The notes beneath the pieces were generated by a model. The model was not told the origin of the DNA. It searched no databases and saw only the letters and a program-made list of their open reading frames with translations. The position numbers and the translations under genes were made by a program. Shown piece after piece: positions 49,149 through 59,356 of a stretch of 64,000 nucleotides of DNA (its first letter is position 1; the number at the start of each line of letters is the position of its first letter). Origin of the DNA: an uncultured Bacilli bacterium (lineage in GTDB: Bacteria > Bacillota_I > Bacilli_A > RF39 > UBA660). The stretch covers positions 25,200-89,199 of the forward strand of contig CAKORY010000002.1 of the NCBI GenBank assembly GCA_934101795.1, read 5' to 3'.

Positions 49149-50633
49149 ATGAAAAGCGTATTAGAATATTTAGAAAATATTAGTAATGATAATAAAGTAA
49201 TTGATAAAAATGGAAGTATTACTTATAAAGACTTGCAAGTGGTTAGTAAAAAAATAGGTAGTGGACTTGCAAAGTATGTTAAAAATAATGCCCCCGTTCC
49301 AGTTTATATGGAAAAAGGAATTTCTTGTCTTGAAGTTTTTATGGGAAGTTTGTATGCTGGTGGCTTTTATAGTTTACTTAATGCTGGACTTCCAAAAATG
49401 AGGCTTGAACAAATAATTAATGTTTTAGATGTAGATTATGTAGTAACTGATAAAGAACATTTGGAAAATGCTAAAGAATTTTTTCCTGATAAGGAGTTAA
49501 TACTTTATGAAGACTTGGTTGATAGTGAAATAGATGATGAATCGCTTTCTAATATTAGAGCTAGAAAACTTGATGTTGATCCTGTTTATGCAAATTTTAC
49601 AAGTGGTTCAACAGGTGTACCTAAAGGAGTTGTGGTTGGAAATCGTTCAATAATTGATTTTATAGATAATTTTACAAGTACCTTTGGGATTAATGAAACT
49701 GATATTATTGCTAATCAAGCCCCATTTGATTTTGATGTTTCTGTTAAAGATATATATCCAGCTTTAAAAACAGGAGCAACACTTGTTATTGTTCCTAAAG
49801 AATTATTTTCAAGACCTGCGGAGCTTATTGATTTTTTGGTAGAACATAAAGTTACAACGATGACTTGGGCAGTGTCTGCACTTTGCTTAATTTCGACATT
49901 TCATGGTTTAGATTATAAAGTGCCTGAAACAGTTAAAAGAGTTATGTTTAGTGGTGAAGTTATGCCAATGAAACATTTAAAAGAATGGATGAAACACTTA
50001 CCAAATGCAACTTTTGTTAATTTGTACGGGCCCACTGAAATTACATGTAATTGTACTTATCATATTATTGATAGAAATCGTGAATATGAAAAAATACCTG
50101 TTGGTATACCATTTAATAATGAAGATGTTTTCTTGTTAGATGAAAATAATAAATTGGTTGAAATTAGCGGAATAAAAGGGGAAATATGTGTTAGAGGCAG
50201 TGCACTTGCACTTGGTTATTATAAAAATAAAGAACAAACTGATAGAGCATTTGTTAGAAATCCATTAAATGATAAGTATATAGAATATATTTATAGAACT
50301 GGAGATCTAGGTTATTATGAAAATAATGATTTGTATTTTGGAGGAAGAAAAGATTTTCAAATAAAATATATGGGACATAGAATTGAGCTAGAAGAAATAG
50401 ATAAAGCTATTGGTAGTTTTGATGGTGTAGAAAGAGTTTGTTCTATATTTAAAGAAGAAAAAAGTAAACTTTATGCCTTTTATATTGGTGACATTGAAGT
50501 AAAAGAATTACATGAAAAGTTATCTAAAGAGTTACCAGTATTTATGATACCTAGTAAATTTGTTAAATTAGAACAAATGCCTTTAACTAAGAATGGTAAG
50601 ATTGATAGAAAGAAATTGGAGGAATTTATATGA
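49149..50633 (+). CDS. DltA-like carrier-protein ligase (stand-alone adenylation domain, ANL superfamily)
   Basis: adenylation core motifs FTSGSTGVPKGV, YGPTE, GEICVRGSALALGYY, YRTGD, GRKDFQIKYMGHRIELEEID, LTKNGKIDRKKL; 494 aa like DltA. Confidence 0.8.
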   Translation: MKSVLEYLENISNDNKVIDKNGSITYKDLQVVSKKIGSGLAKYVKNNAPVPVYMEKGISCLEVFMGSLYAGGFYSLLNAGLPKMRLEQIINVLDVDYVVTDKEHLENAKEFFPDKELILYEDLVDSEIDDESLSNIRARKLDVDPVYANFTSGSTGVPKGVVVGNRSIIDFIDNFTSTFGINETDIIANQAPFDFDVSVKDIYPALKTGATLVIVPKELFSRPAELIDFLVEHKVTTMTWAVSALCLISTFHGLDYKVPETVKRVMFSGEVMPMKHLKEWMKHLPNATFVNLYGPTEITCNCTYHIIDRNREYEKIPVGIPFNNEDVFLLDENNKLVEISGIKGEICVRGSALALGYYKNKEQTDRAFVRNPLNDKYIEYIYRTGDLGYYENNDLYFGGRKDFQIKYMGHRIELEEIDKAIGSFDGVERVCSIFKEEKSKLYAFYIGDIEVKELHEKLSKELPVFMIPSKFVKLEQMPLTKNGKIDRKKLEEFI

Positions 50634-51808
50634 TAGATAGTAAAACTATTGAAAGTATTGGAACACCATTTTATGTATTTGATATTGATGTTTTGAAAAA
50701 CAGAATAAATTATCTTAAAAGTATGTTGCCAGAAAATGTTCATTTATGTTTTGCAATGAAAGCTAATCCTTTTGTAGTTAAAGAAATAGAGGATACTATA
50801 GAAAAGTATGAAATATGTTCTTATGGTGAATGGAATATTGCAAATGAGCTTGGAGTTACACATGAAAAAATGGTTATATCAGGTGTTTATAAAGATGAAA
50901 CTAGCATGATAGATATAATTAATCATTATAAACATGGTGAAGTTATTACAATTGAATCATTAAATCAAATAAAATTAGTTGATAAAATAACTAAAGATAA
51001 AAATGTTGTCGTGGATGTAATTTTAAGACTTACAAGTGGTAATCAATTTGGTATGAGTGAAGAAGAAATAATATCCATTTTGGAAAATAGATCAAAATAT
51101 AATATGTTAAATATTATGGGTATTCAATATTTTTCGGGAACTCAAAAAAAATTATCAAGAAGAATTATAAAAGAACTTGAATATGTTGATGACTTTGTTC
51201 AAAAATTAAAAAATGAATTAGGTTTTGTAACTGAAGAATTAGAGTTTGGTCCTGGTTTTCCCGTTATGTATTTTGAAGCAGAAACTGATTTTGATGAAAA
51301 TACATACTTAATGGAAATTGCTGATAAGATAAAAAATTTGAAATATCAAGGTCATATTACAATGGAACTTGGAAGAAGTATTGCGGCATCATGTGGAAGT
51401 TATTATACTAAAGTTGTTGATAAAAAAACAAATAAAGAAGGAAATTTTGCTATTTTAGATGGTGGTATGCATCATATTGTGTATTATGGTCAAATGATGG
51501 CAATGAAAAAACCGATGTTGGATATAATTCCTAGAAGAAGTGGAAATGAAGAAAATTGGAACTTAGTTGGAGCATTATGTACAATTAATGATTTAATTGT
51601 TAAAGGATTACCTGTTAAAAGTTTAGAACTTGGTGATGTTTTTGTTTTTAAAAACACTGGTGCTTATGCTATGACTGAAGGAATTAGTTTATTCTTAAGT
51701 CGTGATTTACCTAAAGTTTTATTTGTTAAAGATGGTAAAATAGAAGTGGTTAGAAGTAATATTCAAACTTATAAATTAAATATGCCATTTAAAGGAGGTG
51801 AAAATTAA
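50630..51808 (+). CDS. Fold-type III PLP-dependent decarboxylase (Orn/DAP/Arg decarboxylase family, LysA-like)
   Basis: GTPFYVFDIDVL... FAMKANPF (PLP-Lys), CSYGE, D-GGM..., ELGRS (EPGR-like), C-terminal GALCTINDLIV (CESGD-like) motifs. Confidence 0.7.
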   Translation: MIDSKTIESIGTPFYVFDIDVLKNRINYLKSMLPENVHLCFAMKANPFVVKEIEDTIEKYEICSYGEWNIANELGVTHEKMVISGVYKDETSMIDIINHYKHGEVITIESLNQIKLVDKITKDKNVVVDVILRLTSGNQFGMSEEEIISILENRSKYNMLNIMGIQYFSGTQKKLSRRIIKELEYVDDFVQKLKNELGFVTEELEFGPGFPVMYFEAETDFDENTYLMEIADKIKNLKYQGHITMELGRSIAASCGSYYTKVVDKKTNKEGNFAILDGGMHHIVYYGQMMAMKKPMLDIIPRRSGNEENWNLVGALCTINDLIVKGLPVKSLELGDVFVFKNTGAYAMTEGISLFLSRDLPKVLFVKDGKIEVVRSNIQTYKLNMPFKGGEN

Positions 51809-52038
51809 TGGAAAAATTAATAGAAATATTAGAAGATTTAAATCCAGAAGTTGATTATAATACATGTACTAATTTAATAGATGGACATTATTTAGACTCA
51901 CTTGCAATTTTATCACTTGTTGCTGAAATTGAAGAAGAATTTGATGTTGTAATTCCAACAGTTGAAATAATTCCTAGTAATTTTAACTCAGCTCAAAGTT
52001 TATGGAGCCTAATTGAAAGATTAAAGGAAGAAGATTAG
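51808..52038 (+). CDS. DltC-like acyl/peptidyl carrier protein
   Basis: 76 aa; phosphopantetheine attachment motif YLDSLAILSLVAEIEEEF closely parallels DltC LLDSFGTVELLLAIENRF. Confidence 0.75.
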   Translation: MEKLIEILEDLNPEVDYNTCTNLIDGHYLDSLAILSLVAEIEEEFDVVIPTVEIIPSNFNSAQSLWSLIERLKEED

Positions 52039-52039
52039 T

Positions 52040-53626
52040 ATGCAATATTGTAGTTTAGTTTATTTGGTTGCTTTTTTGCCAATTACACTATTAATATATG
52101 CTTTAACTAATAAGAAGAAAAGATGGCTTGTTTTACTTATGGCAAGCTATATTTTCTTTTTATCTTTAAGTGGTAAGTTAATTGTGTATTTACTATTTTC
52201 TACACTTTCAATTCATCATTTTGGATTATGGCTTGATAGATTAAATAAAGATAGAGATAAAGAAGTAGAGTTAAATAAGGAAAATAAAAAAGAAATAAAA
52301 GAATTATATAAGAAAAGAATGGGGAGAGTAGTGTTTCTTGCAGTACTTATTCATATTGGTTTGTTAGTATGTTTAAAATATACAGGCTTTTTTGGTGAAA
52401 ATATTAATAATTTATTAGAAATTTTAAATTTTGATTTTAGATTTAAGATACCTAAAATATTAATACCTATTGGTATATCTTTTTATACTTTGCAAGGACT
52501 TTCTTATATATTTGATGTTTACAAAGGGAAAATTGATGCTGATTTTAATTTAGGTAGACTTGCTTTATTTATGTCATTTTTTCCATGTATTATGGAAGGG
52601 CCAATTTGTAGATATAGCGATACTGCAACTAAACTTTATGATGGTGAAGATTTAACTTACAAAAATTTGGCTTTTGGTTCTCAAAGAATACTATGGGGAT
52701 TATTTAAGAAAATGATTATTGCTGATAGGCTTAACCCTTTTATAGAAAAAATATTTTGTGAATATAATTCCTTGGATGGTGGAGTAATACTTTTGGGGGC
52801 AATATTTTATACAATTCAGCTTTATGCAGATTTTTCTGGTACAATTGATGTTGTAATAGGTTCTGGTGAACTGTTTGGAATATCTTTGCCTGAAAATTTT
52901 AGACAACCATTCTTTAGTAAGAATATATCTGATTTTTGGACAAGATGGCATATTACTTTGGGAACTTGGTTTAGGGATTATATCTTTTATCCAGTTTCGC
53001 TTTCTAAACCTATGAAGAAAATGACCCTTAATTTAAGAAAAATTTTAGGTAATCATTTTGGACCTTTGGTAGCTGGAAGTGTAGCACTTTTATGTGTTTG
53101 GCTTTCAAATGGATTATGGCATGGAGCAGCATGGACTTTTGTTTTCTTCGGTATATATCATTTTATACTTATTGTTTTAGGTAATATTTTTACACCACTT
53201 ATTATTAATATTTGTAAAAGATGGCATATTACTAGAACTAGTAAGCCATATGTGATTATGCAAATATTTAAAACTAGTATTTTAGTTGTATTTGGAGAGC
53301 TTTTCTTTAGAGCAACTACTTTATCAAGTGGTTTTGCAATGTTCAAAAAAATATTTACTGATTTTAGTTTTAATTCATTAAAAACTGGTTCAATTTTTAA
53401 ACTTGGATGTGATAGAGCCGATTTTACAATTATTTTACTTGCTTTAGTTATTATATTTATGGTTGGATTACTTAAAGAAAAAGGCTTTAATGTAAGGGAA
53501 TTAGTTGCAAAGCAAAATATATTTGTTAGATGGACTTTGTATTATTTGCTAATTATTGCTATTGTAATTTTTGGAGCTTATGGGTTTGGTTATGCACCAG
53601 TTGACCCAATATATGCTAATTTTTAG
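52040..53626 (+). CDS. MBOAT-family membrane-bound acyl/aminoacyl transferase (DltB/AlgI-like)
   Basis: 528 aa multi-TM; MBOAT His motifs FWTRWHITLGTWFRDYIFYP and NGLWHGAAW. Confidence 0.85.
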   Translation: MQYCSLVYLVAFLPITLLIYALTNKKKRWLVLLMASYIFFLSLSGKLIVYLLFSTLSIHHFGLWLDRLNKDRDKEVELNKENKKEIKELYKKRMGRVVFLAVLIHIGLLVCLKYTGFFGENINNLLEILNFDFRFKIPKILIPIGISFYTLQGLSYIFDVYKGKIDADFNLGRLALFMSFFPCIMEGPICRYSDTATKLYDGEDLTYKNLAFGSQRILWGLFKKMIIADRLNPFIEKIFCEYNSLDGGVILLGAIFYTIQLYADFSGTIDVVIGSGELFGISLPENFRQPFFSKNISDFWTRWHITLGTWFRDYIFYPVSLSKPMKKMTLNLRKILGNHFGPLVAGSVALLCVWLSNGLWHGAAWTFVFFGIYHFILIVLGNIFTPLIINICKRWHITRTSKPYVIMQIFKTSILVVFGELFFRATTLSSGFAMFKKIFTDFSFNSLKTGSIFKLGCDRADFTIILLALVIIFMVGLLKEKGFNVRELVAKQNIFVRWTLYYLLIIAIVIFGAYGFGYAPVDPIYANF

Positions 53627-53635
53627 GGAGGTATT

Positions 53636-54604
53636 ATGAAGGAAGGTTATAAACCAATAGTTTTCGTTATTATTCTATTTTTTATACTGCTTGGAATTTC
53701 ACATTTTTTTGTTCCTAAAAGTAATGCTAAAGGTAATGGTATTCATGAAGCTCGTGCAAATGGTGTTTTTGGTGAAGCAAAAGATACTATTGATGTTTTA
53801 GTAATTGGAGATAGTGAGTCTTTTACAAGTATTTCTCCATTACCTATTTGGAATAAATATGGTTTTACTATGTATAATGGTGGTGTTTCAAGACAATATT
53901 TGGTTGATACATATGATTATTTAAATAAAGTTTTAAAAAATCAAAGTCCAAAGGTTGTACTTCTTGAAGCAAATGCTATTTATAGAAAAATGAATGTTAA
54001 TAACGTGTTATCAACAAAAAGTCAAAGCATTTTACCAATTTTTCAATATCATGATAGATGGAAGAGTATGACAAGTAATGATTTTACTAAAAAAATAAAA
54101 TATACATGGACTGATGAATTAAAAGGTTTTTATTATAATATAAGTGTTGTTCCACCAAAAAGTGTAGGAGATTATATGAAAAATAATAAAAAAAGAACCG
54201 GTATAAGTTCTATTAATAAATACTATTTAGATAAAATAATTGATAAATGTCATCAAAAAAATATTAAAATAATTTTATACACTGTTCCTAGTACCCTTAA
54301 TTGGAATGAAAAAAGAGATGAAGAAGTTACAAAATATGCCAAAAGTAAAAATATTGAATATTTAGATTTAAATTTATTGGTTAATGAACTGGGAATAGAT
54401 TGGAATCAGGATTCTCGTGATGGTGGGGACCATTTAAATTATTATGGTGCTGTTAAAGTTACGGAATTTATGGGTAAATATTTATATGATTTAAATATAC
54501 TTCCAAATCATAAAGGTGATGCTAAATATGATAGTTGGAATAAAGCCTATGAAAAATATGAAAATAAGATACTTAGTAAAAGTATAAGTGTAACTAATAT
54601 TTAA
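53636..54604 (+). CDS. SGNH/DHHW-like extracytoplasmic transferase (DltD/AlgX-N-like partner of MBOAT)
   Basis: N-terminal TM anchor; SGNH block I VLVIGDSESF, QYHDRW (DHHW-like), block V DGGDHLN. Confidence 0.6.
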   Translation: MKEGYKPIVFVIILFFILLGISHFFVPKSNAKGNGIHEARANGVFGEAKDTIDVLVIGDSESFTSISPLPIWNKYGFTMYNGGVSRQYLVDTYDYLNKVLKNQSPKVVLLEANAIYRKMNVNNVLSTKSQSILPIFQYHDRWKSMTSNDFTKKIKYTWTDELKGFYYNISVVPPKSVGDYMKNNKKRTGISSINKYYLDKIIDKCHQKNIKIILYTVPSTLNWNEKRDEEVTKYAKSKNIEYLDLNLLVNELGIDWNQDSRDGGDHLNYYGAVKVTEFMGKYLYDLNILPNHKGDAKYDSWNKAYEKYENKILSKSISVTNI

Positions 54605-54672
54605 TAAGAAAATTTGTTGTATAATTATTTTGGTATATGAAAAGAGATGTTTTGTTCTCACATGTCTTCACA

Positions 54673-54707
54673 AATTTCTTATCAGTAATTGATAAGAAAT
54701 TTTTTTG
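54673..54707 (+). terminator. AT-rich perfect palindrome + T-run (terminator or operator)
   Basis: aaatttcttatca gtaat tgataagaaattt tttt; 13-bp arms. Confidence 0.4.
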
Positions 54708-54886
54708 ATGAATAATCATCGTAATAAATGCGCTTTTTTAGAACAAAATTACATCGTGGCGTAATAAATTAGTTTGAAAGATTTATTATTTTAATGTAAT
54801 CATGGTATAAAATTATTTAAATTATTAAAATATGTAAATTAATCACTTATTATTATATATTTCATAATATATTTTAGGTGATAAAC

Positions 54887-56086
54887 ATGGATGAAAGAGC
54901 TATAAAAAAGGTGGTTTTGGATAGTGGTCATGGTGGGGAAGATCCAGGTACTATAGCTAATGGAATAACTGAAAAAGATTATACTCTTAAGATTAGTGAA
55001 TATATTCATAAAAGATTGGATGAAATGGGTGTGCCCAATAAAATGACTAGAACTAGTGATGTTACTCTGACACCTAGTGAAAGGCCTAAGAAGGTACAAA
55101 GTTTTTATGGTAATGGCAGTGATGTAATTGTTGTGTCTAATCATATAAATGCAGGTGGTGGCGATGGTGCTGAAATTATTTATGCCCTTAGAAATAATGA
55201 TACATTTGCTAGAAAAATAGCAAATGAATTTGAAAATGCTGGCCAAAATGTTAGAAAATATTATCAAAGAAGACTTCCTAGTAATCCTGCTAAAGATTAT
55301 TATTATATAATGCGTGATACTCCAAATAATGAAACTGTTATTGTAGAATATGGTTTTGCTGATTCTACAGGTGATGATATTTCTCAACTTAAAAATAATT
55401 GGGAAAAATTAGCGGAAGCAGTAACTAAAGCAATTGTGGAATATGCTGGGGGAAAATATGTTGCTCCGCTTGATTCTAATTATTATACTGTTAAAAGTGG
55501 TGATAGTTTATGGAGTATTTCTAGAAAATTTGGTATTACTGTTGATGAGCTTAAAAATGCAAATAATTTATCTAGTAATTTACTTAGTGTAGATCAAAAT
55601 TTAATTATTCCTGGAAAAGATCTTGATGCTATTGGTGAAGAATATGTTGTTAAAAAGGGAGATACTTTATATAGTATAGCTAGAAAATATAATACGAGTG
55701 TTGATAACCTTAAATCTATCAACAATATAATAACTGATTCACTTGCAATTGGTCAAATAATTAAGTTGCCATCAACAAGTAATGTTGCAAGTGATACATA
55801 TATTGTAAAAAAAGGAGATAGTTTATATAGTATTGCAAGAACTTATAATACAAGTGTCGATAAGTTAAAAGAAATTAATAATTTAACTTCAAATGCCTTG
55901 GCTATTGGGCAAGTTCTTAAGCTACCTAGCAGTAATGCAAGTGGAAATGTAGTATATACTGTTAAAAAAGGAGATAGCCTTTATAGTATTGCAAGAGAAT
56001 ATGGAACTACTGTTGATGCAATAAAAAAACTTAATAATATAACATCTAATACTCTTAGTATAGGACAAAAACTATTGTTACCTTAA
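54887..56086 (+). CDS. N-acetylmuramoyl-L-alanine amidase (Amidase_3) with four C-terminal LysM repeats
   Basis: VVLDSGHGGEDPGT Amidase_3 motif; four ~45-aa LysM repeats (YTVK[KS]GD[ST]L[WY]SIAR...). Confidence 0.85.
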   Translation: MDERAIKKVVLDSGHGGEDPGTIANGITEKDYTLKISEYIHKRLDEMGVPNKMTRTSDVTLTPSERPKKVQSFYGNGSDVIVVSNHINAGGGDGAEIIYALRNNDTFARKIANEFENAGQNVRKYYQRRLPSNPAKDYYYIMRDTPNNETVIVEYGFADSTGDDISQLKNNWEKLAEAVTKAIVEYAGGKYVAPLDSNYYTVKSGDSLWSISRKFGITVDELKNANNLSSNLLSVDQNLIIPGKDLDAIGEEYVVKKGDTLYSIARKYNTSVDNLKSINNIITDSLAIGQIIKLPSTSNVASDTYIVKKGDSLYSIARTYNTSVDKLKEINNLTSNALAIGQVLKLPSSNASGNVVYTVKKGDSLYSIAREYGTTVDAIKKLNNITSNTLSIGQKLLLP

Positions 56087-56161
56087 CAATAGTTTTTTGA
56101 TAAATGCCAGATTTTCACCAGAAAATACCATTAAACGGTATTTTCTAGTGAAATTATGCTA

Positions 56162-56803
56162 TTATTTTATTTTTTTCTTTCTATTTAAATTAGGAAAAGC
56201 TTTTAGTATTCTTTCGTAAACATATAAGTCATTTTTAATAAATTTAGAAATGGCTTTTTTTATATCAATCGTTGAGTCTTTCTTGTCTTTGGCAACTAGT
56301 TTTATTTTAAATACTATAATTAAAGAAATTACAATGTCTACGATAAAAATTGTGATTAAAATTATTGATATTATAAGTATTACTTTTAAAGAAAAATTAT
56401 TCATAACATTTATAAGATATGGTGTTACATATTTTATGGCAAGAGCTCCGAGTATTGAAAATGGGGTCATTGTTTCAAGACATATTCTACCATTAAGGTT
56501 ATATTTCATGTTTGTATAATCCCACCACCTTAATTTAAATATTTTTTCCATGATATAGCTAGTAGTATATTCTAGTAAAGAACAAATGAACATTGTTAAA
56601 ATAAATAATACTATAAAATTATTAGTATAACTTTTTAAAAGAAAATATAAAAGTAATGAACCAAAGCCATATATTGGACAACATGGACCAAGTAAAAAGC
56701 CTCGATTGACAAATTTATGTTCATTATAAAGACTTAAGATTACTTCCATAAGCCAACCTAAAAAGGAATAAATAAAAAATAATATAGAATAAGTATAGAA
56801 CAT
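56162..56803 (-). CDS. Membrane protein of putative ABC-transporter type IV (CmpB-like) family
   Basis: N-terminal FIYSFLGWLMEVI...NRGFLLGPCCPIYGFG pattern typical of PF06541-type proteins; 213 aa. Confidence 0.45.
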   Translation of the reverse strand: MFYTYSILFFIYSFLGWLMEVILSLYNEHKFVNRGFLLGPCCPIYGFGSLLLYFLLKSYTNNFIVLFILTMFICSLLEYTTSYIMEKIFKLRWWDYTNMKYNLNGRICLETMTPFSILGALAIKYVTPYLINVMNNFSLKVILIISIILITIFIVDIVISLIIVFKIKLVAKDKKDSTIDIKKAISKFIKNDLYVYERILKAFPNLNRKKKIK

Positions 56804-56854
56804 AATATCCTCCTTGATACTTATTATACATTATTTTAAAAAATATTCTATATT

Positions 56855-57277
56855 TTAATGAATTTTTTTGCAAACTCCAGGGTCGGGATTATAGAAACAA
56901 TGACTTTTGTAGCTTCCTGCTAGGTCTTGATTATACCAAGTTTGTTTGCATGATGCACCTTTTGTAGGTGAATAAAACCATAAAGCATTAGTAGCTGGAT
57001 GATAGTATTCACCTCGGACTATTCTTTTTGCTAGTTGTTTTTCAAGAGTAGTTGATTCAGCATTAAATAATGATGAAGTAGCCCCAGTAAATTGATTTTT
57101 TTGATAAATAACATCACGAATATTGTTTACATTTTTAAAAGTTAAACAATCTGCTAAAACTCTATTGGCCACAACGTTTCCAACCATTAACATTCCAAGG
57201 TTTCCTTCGCCGAGTGCCTCAGCCCGCATTATTCTTGCCAGTAAATCCAGTTCTCGATCTGTATAAGTAAAAAGCAT
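56855..57277 (-). CDS. cwlJ: Spore cortex-lytic cell wall hydrolase, CwlJ/SleB catalytic-domain family (Hydrolase_2)
   Basis: 140 aa; DLLARIMRAEALGEG...MVGNVVANRV...NQFT core of Hydrolase_2 domain. Confidence 0.7.
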   Translation of the reverse strand: MLFTYTDRELDLLARIMRAEALGEGNLGMLMVGNVVANRVLADCLTFKNVNNIRDVIYQKNQFTGATSSLFNAESTTLEKQLAKRIVRGEYYHPATNALWFYSPTKGASCKQTWYNQDLAGSYKSHCFYNPDPGVCKKIH

Positions 57278-57383
57278 AATATCACCTAATGTAGTTTATG
57301 AAAAAATAAAAATGTTGTTAAAATTTTGGATTTACATATAATTATTTTAGTGTTATAATATTTTTCCATTTTCAGAAAGGGGA

Positions 57384-57863
57384 ATGTATATGAAAATGAA
57401 TGATGCAATATTAAATCAATATGTTTTTTTACCAAATGTTAAGTTGTCGTTATTAATTGATTGTAAGCTTATGGAGTTTTATACTTATAAAAAAGCAGCA
57501 GAAATTGCTGAACAGGTTTTGATTCAAAATGGATATCCTGGAGTTATTAATATTTATTTTGGTGATAAAGAAAATGAAATACAAAAACTACTTTGTTTAG
57601 CTAAGCTTAGAAGTGTTTCTGTAAATGTTACCATGGATAATGTGAATGTTACAATTGATGATGTAGTTAGAGTTATTGAAGACGTTTATAGAAAAACACT
57701 TGCATTAATTACTGATGTAGATTATGATCCTTATAGTGAAATGGGTATAAGTAAATGCAGTAAAGAATCTGTTATAGCTGAACTTAGTAAAGATGTATCT
57801 AGAATAATTGATAGTTTAAAAACGGATGATATTGTGTTACAAAGAAATATGAAGATTTCATAA
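57384..57863 (+). CDS. Hypothetical protein
   Basis: 159 aa, no recognisable motif. Confidence 0.35.
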   Translation: MYMKMNDAILNQYVFLPNVKLSLLIDCKLMEFYTYKKAAEIAEQVLIQNGYPGVINIYFGDKENEIQKLLCLAKLRSVSVNVTMDNVNVTIDDVVRVIEDVYRKTLALITDVDYDPYSEMGISKCSKESVIAELSKDVSRIIDSLKTDDIVLQRNMKIS

Positions 57864-57931
57864 AAATATGAAGTCTTTTTCTTTGCAATGAAATAATTTA
57901 ATGGTATAATTAATTAAGATAGAGGTGTTAT

Positions 57932-58654
57932 ATGAAAAAGATAATAATTATTTTAGTTAGTTTATTAATGGTAACTGGATGTGTGAAAAAGGATGAGAAT
58001 CAGTTAATTATGGTTACTGAAGCTGGTTTTGCTCCGTATGAATATTATGAAAATGGAGAAGTTGTTGGTGTCGATGTTGATATTGCTAGGGAAATTGCAA
58101 AATATTTAGGTAAGACACTAGTTGTAAAAGATATCGCTTTTGATTCAATTATTAATGAAGTTAGGACTGGTAAAGCTGATTTTGGAGCTGCTGGTATTAG
58201 TTATAGTGAGGACAGAGCTAAGAATGTTGATTTTTCTATTAATTATGCTGTTAGTAAACAAGTGGTAATTGTAAATAATAATAGTAGTATTACAAATGTA
58301 AATGAGATAAGTAATAAAAAAATTGCTGTTCAACTTGGTAGTATAGCGGATACTTTTGTTACTGAAAGACATAAAAATGCAAATGTGGTAAGACAAAAGA
58401 AGTATTTGGCAGCGATTGAAGATTTGAAAACTGGTAAAGTGGATTGTGTTGTTATGGATGAGCTTCCTGCTAAAGAAATTGTTTCAAAAAATGAAGGTAT
58501 TAAGATACTTGATGGTAGTTTAACTAATGATTCTTATGGAATGATTGTTAAAAAAGGCAATAAAGAATTGTTAGATGCAATTAATACTGTGTTACAAAAT
58601 TTAAAAGATGAAGGTAAAATTGATGAATTTATTATAAAACATACAGAAAAGTAG
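57932..58654 (+). CDS. Amino-acid ABC transporter substrate-binding lipoprotein (SBP_bac_3)
   Basis: lipobox LMVTGC, family 3 SBP layout. Confidence 0.85.
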   Translation: MKKIIIILVSLLMVTGCVKKDENQLIMVTEAGFAPYEYYENGEVVGVDVDIAREIAKYLGKTLVVKDIAFDSIINEVRTGKADFGAAGISYSEDRAKNVDFSINYAVSKQVVIVNNNSSITNVNEISNKKIAVQLGSIADTFVTERHKNANVVRQKKYLAAIEDLKTGKVDCVVMDELPAKEIVSKNEGIKILDGSLTNDSYGMIVKKGNKELLDAINTVLQNLKDEGKIDEFIIKHTEK

Positions 58655-58663
58655 AGGTTTTAA

Positions 58664-59356
58664 ATGTTTAAAGATATTTATAATAGTTTTTATGATAGTG
58701 TTATTTATGATGACAGATATAAATTTATTTTGGAAGGGTTATTTAATACATTAATTATTGCTTTATTTGCGGTTTTTATTGGCTTTATTATTGGCATAAT
58801 TATTGCTATCATTCGTCATAATCATGATACAAATGGTAAATTAAAGATTTTTAATAAAATTGTTGTTTGGTATGTAAACATAATAAGGGGTACACCAGTT
58901 TTACTCCAACTTATGATAATTTATTATGTTATTTTTAAATCTAGTAATATTAGTGTTGTTATTGTTGGTATTCTTGCCTTTGGTCTTAATTCTGGAGCTT
59001 ATGTATCTGAAATTATTAGGTCTGGTTTAAATGCTATAGATAAAGGGCAAATGGAGGCTGGACTTGCTCTTGGTTTTAATTATGCAAAAACTATGAGATA
59101 TATTATTATGCCTCAAGGAGTAAGAAATGTTTTGCCAGCACTTGGTAATGAATTTATTACTTTAATTAAAGAAACTTCTACTGGAGCTTATATTGGTATT
59201 ATGGAACTTACCAAAGCTAGTGATATTATAGCATCAAGAACTTATGATTATTTTTTCCCGTTAATTATGATTGCTTGTATTTATTTACTTATTACTTTGG
59301 GACTTACTAATCTGGTAAATAAAATGGAGGTGAAACTTTCTAATGCTAAGTGTTAA
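58664..59356 (+). CDS. Amino-acid ABC transporter permease (His/Gln/Arg type)
   Basis: 5 TM, EAA-like loop (EAGLALGFNYAKTMRYIIMPQG). Confidence 0.85.
   Translation: MFKDIYNSFYDSVIYDDRYKFILEGLFNTLIIALFAVFIGFIIGIIIAIIRHNHDTNGKLKIFNKIVVWYVNIIRGTPVLLQLMIIYYVIFKSSNISVVIVGILAFGLNSGAYVSEIIRSGLNAIDKGQMEAGLALGFNYAKTMRYIIMPQGVRNVLPALGNEFITLIKETSTGAYIGIMELTKASDIIASRTYDYFFPLIMIACIYLLITLGLTNLVNKMEVKLSNAKC

Noticed and set aside
54839-55387. 182-aa antisense ORF opposite the amidase gene
   Set aside because: Ile/Ser/Thr-rich low-complexity translation antisense to a motif-rich Amidase_3 gene.
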